This document shows, one piece after another, positions 62,057 through 64,000 of a stretch of 64,000 bases of DNA. Origin of the DNA: Felis catus (taxonomy: Eukaryota); the NCBI RefSeq assembly GCF_018350175.1, contig NC_058368.1, forward strand, positions 236,532,001 through 236,596,000, given 5' to 3'. The position numbers and the translations under genes are program-made. Position 1 is the first letter of the stretch, and every line of letters begins with the position of its first letter. The notes beneath the pieces are model-generated. The model saw nothing but the letters and a program-made list of their open reading frames with translations, did not search any database and was not told the DNA's origin.

Positions 62057-63080
62057 GTATGTATTTTACTATCTGATTACATGATGGATGGTTTCATATA
62101 GCATTTTCCTCTTCTAAAAAAAGCCTGGAAATCTCTTGGTAATCATCTAATGCTATTGTGGCATACACTGCCAACAAATCTTAGAAAAGAAATTCGTTGT
62201 TAATGAGTTACAGACATCAGTTTGGGAAACGTGCTTCATCCAGCCATTTCTAACATGGTGGCATTTTCTTCTGTGCAGTGAATACGGAGAAATGCCCCCC
62301 ACCCCCCACTTGACCTGATTGAGCATGAATGTACTCGAGGGCCAGAAGGCTATCCAGCTCTCTTGTCACAGGAAAACACTGAGGTGCGAGTGAGTTGACT
62401 GCCTTTCCCAGTGTTAAATTCTATTCAAGTACCAGGTCCTGGGTGCCATGTCATTGGAATATCACTTCCCCATTTGGAGCATGGGTATTTTGTCTCATAG
62501 ATTTGTGGCATCCTAGGTGACCTTGGGGAAGACCGTCTCCACCTCAGAGGGACGAGGAAGGTGGGAGAATTTCCTCCTTGCTCCTCTCTGCCGTGGGGGA
62601 AGCTCCAGAGGATTCCTCACCTGAACGCTTGCTCCTGCTCTGTCTCCAGTGAGCACATGGTCTGCACACTCCTTCCACTCTGGAATCACACTGTTCTATT
62701 TGGAATATTTTCTGCAGGCCCCCACCTTTCCATCCTGCCGCCTCTCTCGTGGTTATCAATTTCCCCGCTGCCCCCTCAGGATTATTTGGATAGGCCCTCC
62801 TCAACCTGCCTCTTTACCCGACTGTTTATTTATTATTTTGAAAGCTTTCTCCTTATTGGCCACTCTGGTCTTCCCAACACATCTGACCGCACCGACCTCT
62901 TCTGCCTCTTCCTGTTTAGAACACCTGGAATGAATTCCAGCTGCAGAGACCCCGGCCACTCCTCACTGCCCCACTTACCTCCCAGATTTTCTGCGGCTTT
63001 GTCACATTTATGCTAAATTGTTGGATCAGCATTTCGTATGGAAAGTGACACAGGAGTGATGACCCAGTAACAATAGCTCT

Positions 63081-63261
63081 TGTCTCTCCCCCCCTTATCT
63101 CTCTTCCTCTCTCCGCCTCTCTCTTTCCCTCTCTGTATTTCTCTCTCCATCTCTCTCTCTCTCTCCCCTCTCTCTCTGTGTCTCCCCCCTCTTTTTGTCT
63201 CTGTCTCTCCCTCTCTTTCTCTCCCCTTCTCTCTCTGTGTCTCTGTCCTCTCTGTCTTTCC

Positions 63262-63296
<35 letters not shown>

Positions 63297-63302
63297 TTTC
63301 TC
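63081..63302. repeat. CT-rich polypyrimidine low-complexity tract
   Basis: Direct reading of the sequence. Confidence 0.9.
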
Positions 63303-64000
63303 ATGACTTTTGCTCTATTAGAGCTGCTAGTGTCTGGGCTTCTGTAACGGGTTGCCGTTGTTGACTGTTGGTGTCTTTGCTTTGTTTTATTTGCAGAAAC
63401 TGCTGAAATCTGTTTTAAATTATCTCAAGAAAAGTTGGTCCTGCCTCAATTCACGTAGCTGTTAGCCTAATCAATACATGTGTAATTAAAAAGCTGCCTG
63501 GACGAGGTTTTGGTCTGTTGAAGCTTTTGGTTCCAAACACAGCAGAACAACAACAACACCAAAAAAGTTTACTCTACTTTCTCCAAAGTCACAGCAGGTC
63601 CCAAACACCACAGAATGAGTCCCACCCAGGCCATACCCCCGCACTGGAGGCTGGTGGCCGCCTTCCTGAGCTGCTCTACCCCAGGTCCTGCTAACAGGCT
63701 GCTCTCTCATATCAGTGAAGTCTATTCTTCGCTCACACTGCACATGTTAAACTTGAGCTTTTAAAATTAATTTTCACCTGGACCTTCTGCTACTTTGGGA
63801 CATAGATTAACAGTTGATAATGTTACTATAAACACATCTACAAATCTCTTCTTAGGGCGATTATTTCATTACCATTTAGGTGAACCCATGCGTATATAAA
63901 TTAATTAAAGTGATCATATGTTTATAATTACACTGATAACTTTTAATGCCTCAAACACATTTTGTAGAGTGCGTTAACGCGTTGACCTTAAGTGGAAGTG

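Noticed and set aside
63370..63470. Acceptor-like tttgttttatttgcag followed by short frame KLLKSVLNYLKK
   Set aside because: No convincing donor, early stop, and no recognised protein.
1..64000. CRISPR array, operon or prokaryote-style defence system
   Set aside because: Eukaryotic repeat-rich DNA with no regularly spaced repeat-spacer array and no long intact ORFs.

Overview
Mammalian genomic DNA, almost certainly felid (cat-like). About 30 tRNA-derived Can-SINEs of the SINEC_Fc type (GGGGCGCCTGGGTGGCTCAGTCGG..., CT-rich tract, AATAAA, A-tail, target-site duplications) and carnivore L1 3' ends dominate the window. I find no supportable protein-coding gene, tRNA, rRNA or CRISPR. The ORF track is explained by SINE-derived peptides (recurrent 'AQSVERPTSAQV...'), microsatellites and chance ORFs in GC-rich DNA. 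The window looks intronic or gene-desert-like. It has an AT-rich nested-transposon block at ~13.5-26.8 kb and GC/CpG-rich, repeat-poor segments at ~42-52 kb and ~58-61 kb. Several repeat-free, homeodomain-motif-rich islands resemble developmental enhancers. The best-supported unusual items are: a SINE carrying a 33-bp 3' transduction inside its TSD; a twin-primed (5'-inverted) L1; three near-identical young SINEs that may be polymorphic; and fossil coding remnants of an ERVL/MaLR gag, a CR1/L3 reverse transcriptase and a probable hAT transposase. I see no evidence for a novel multi-gene system. Repeat subfamily names come from recalled consensus sequences, and boundaries of old elements are approximate.
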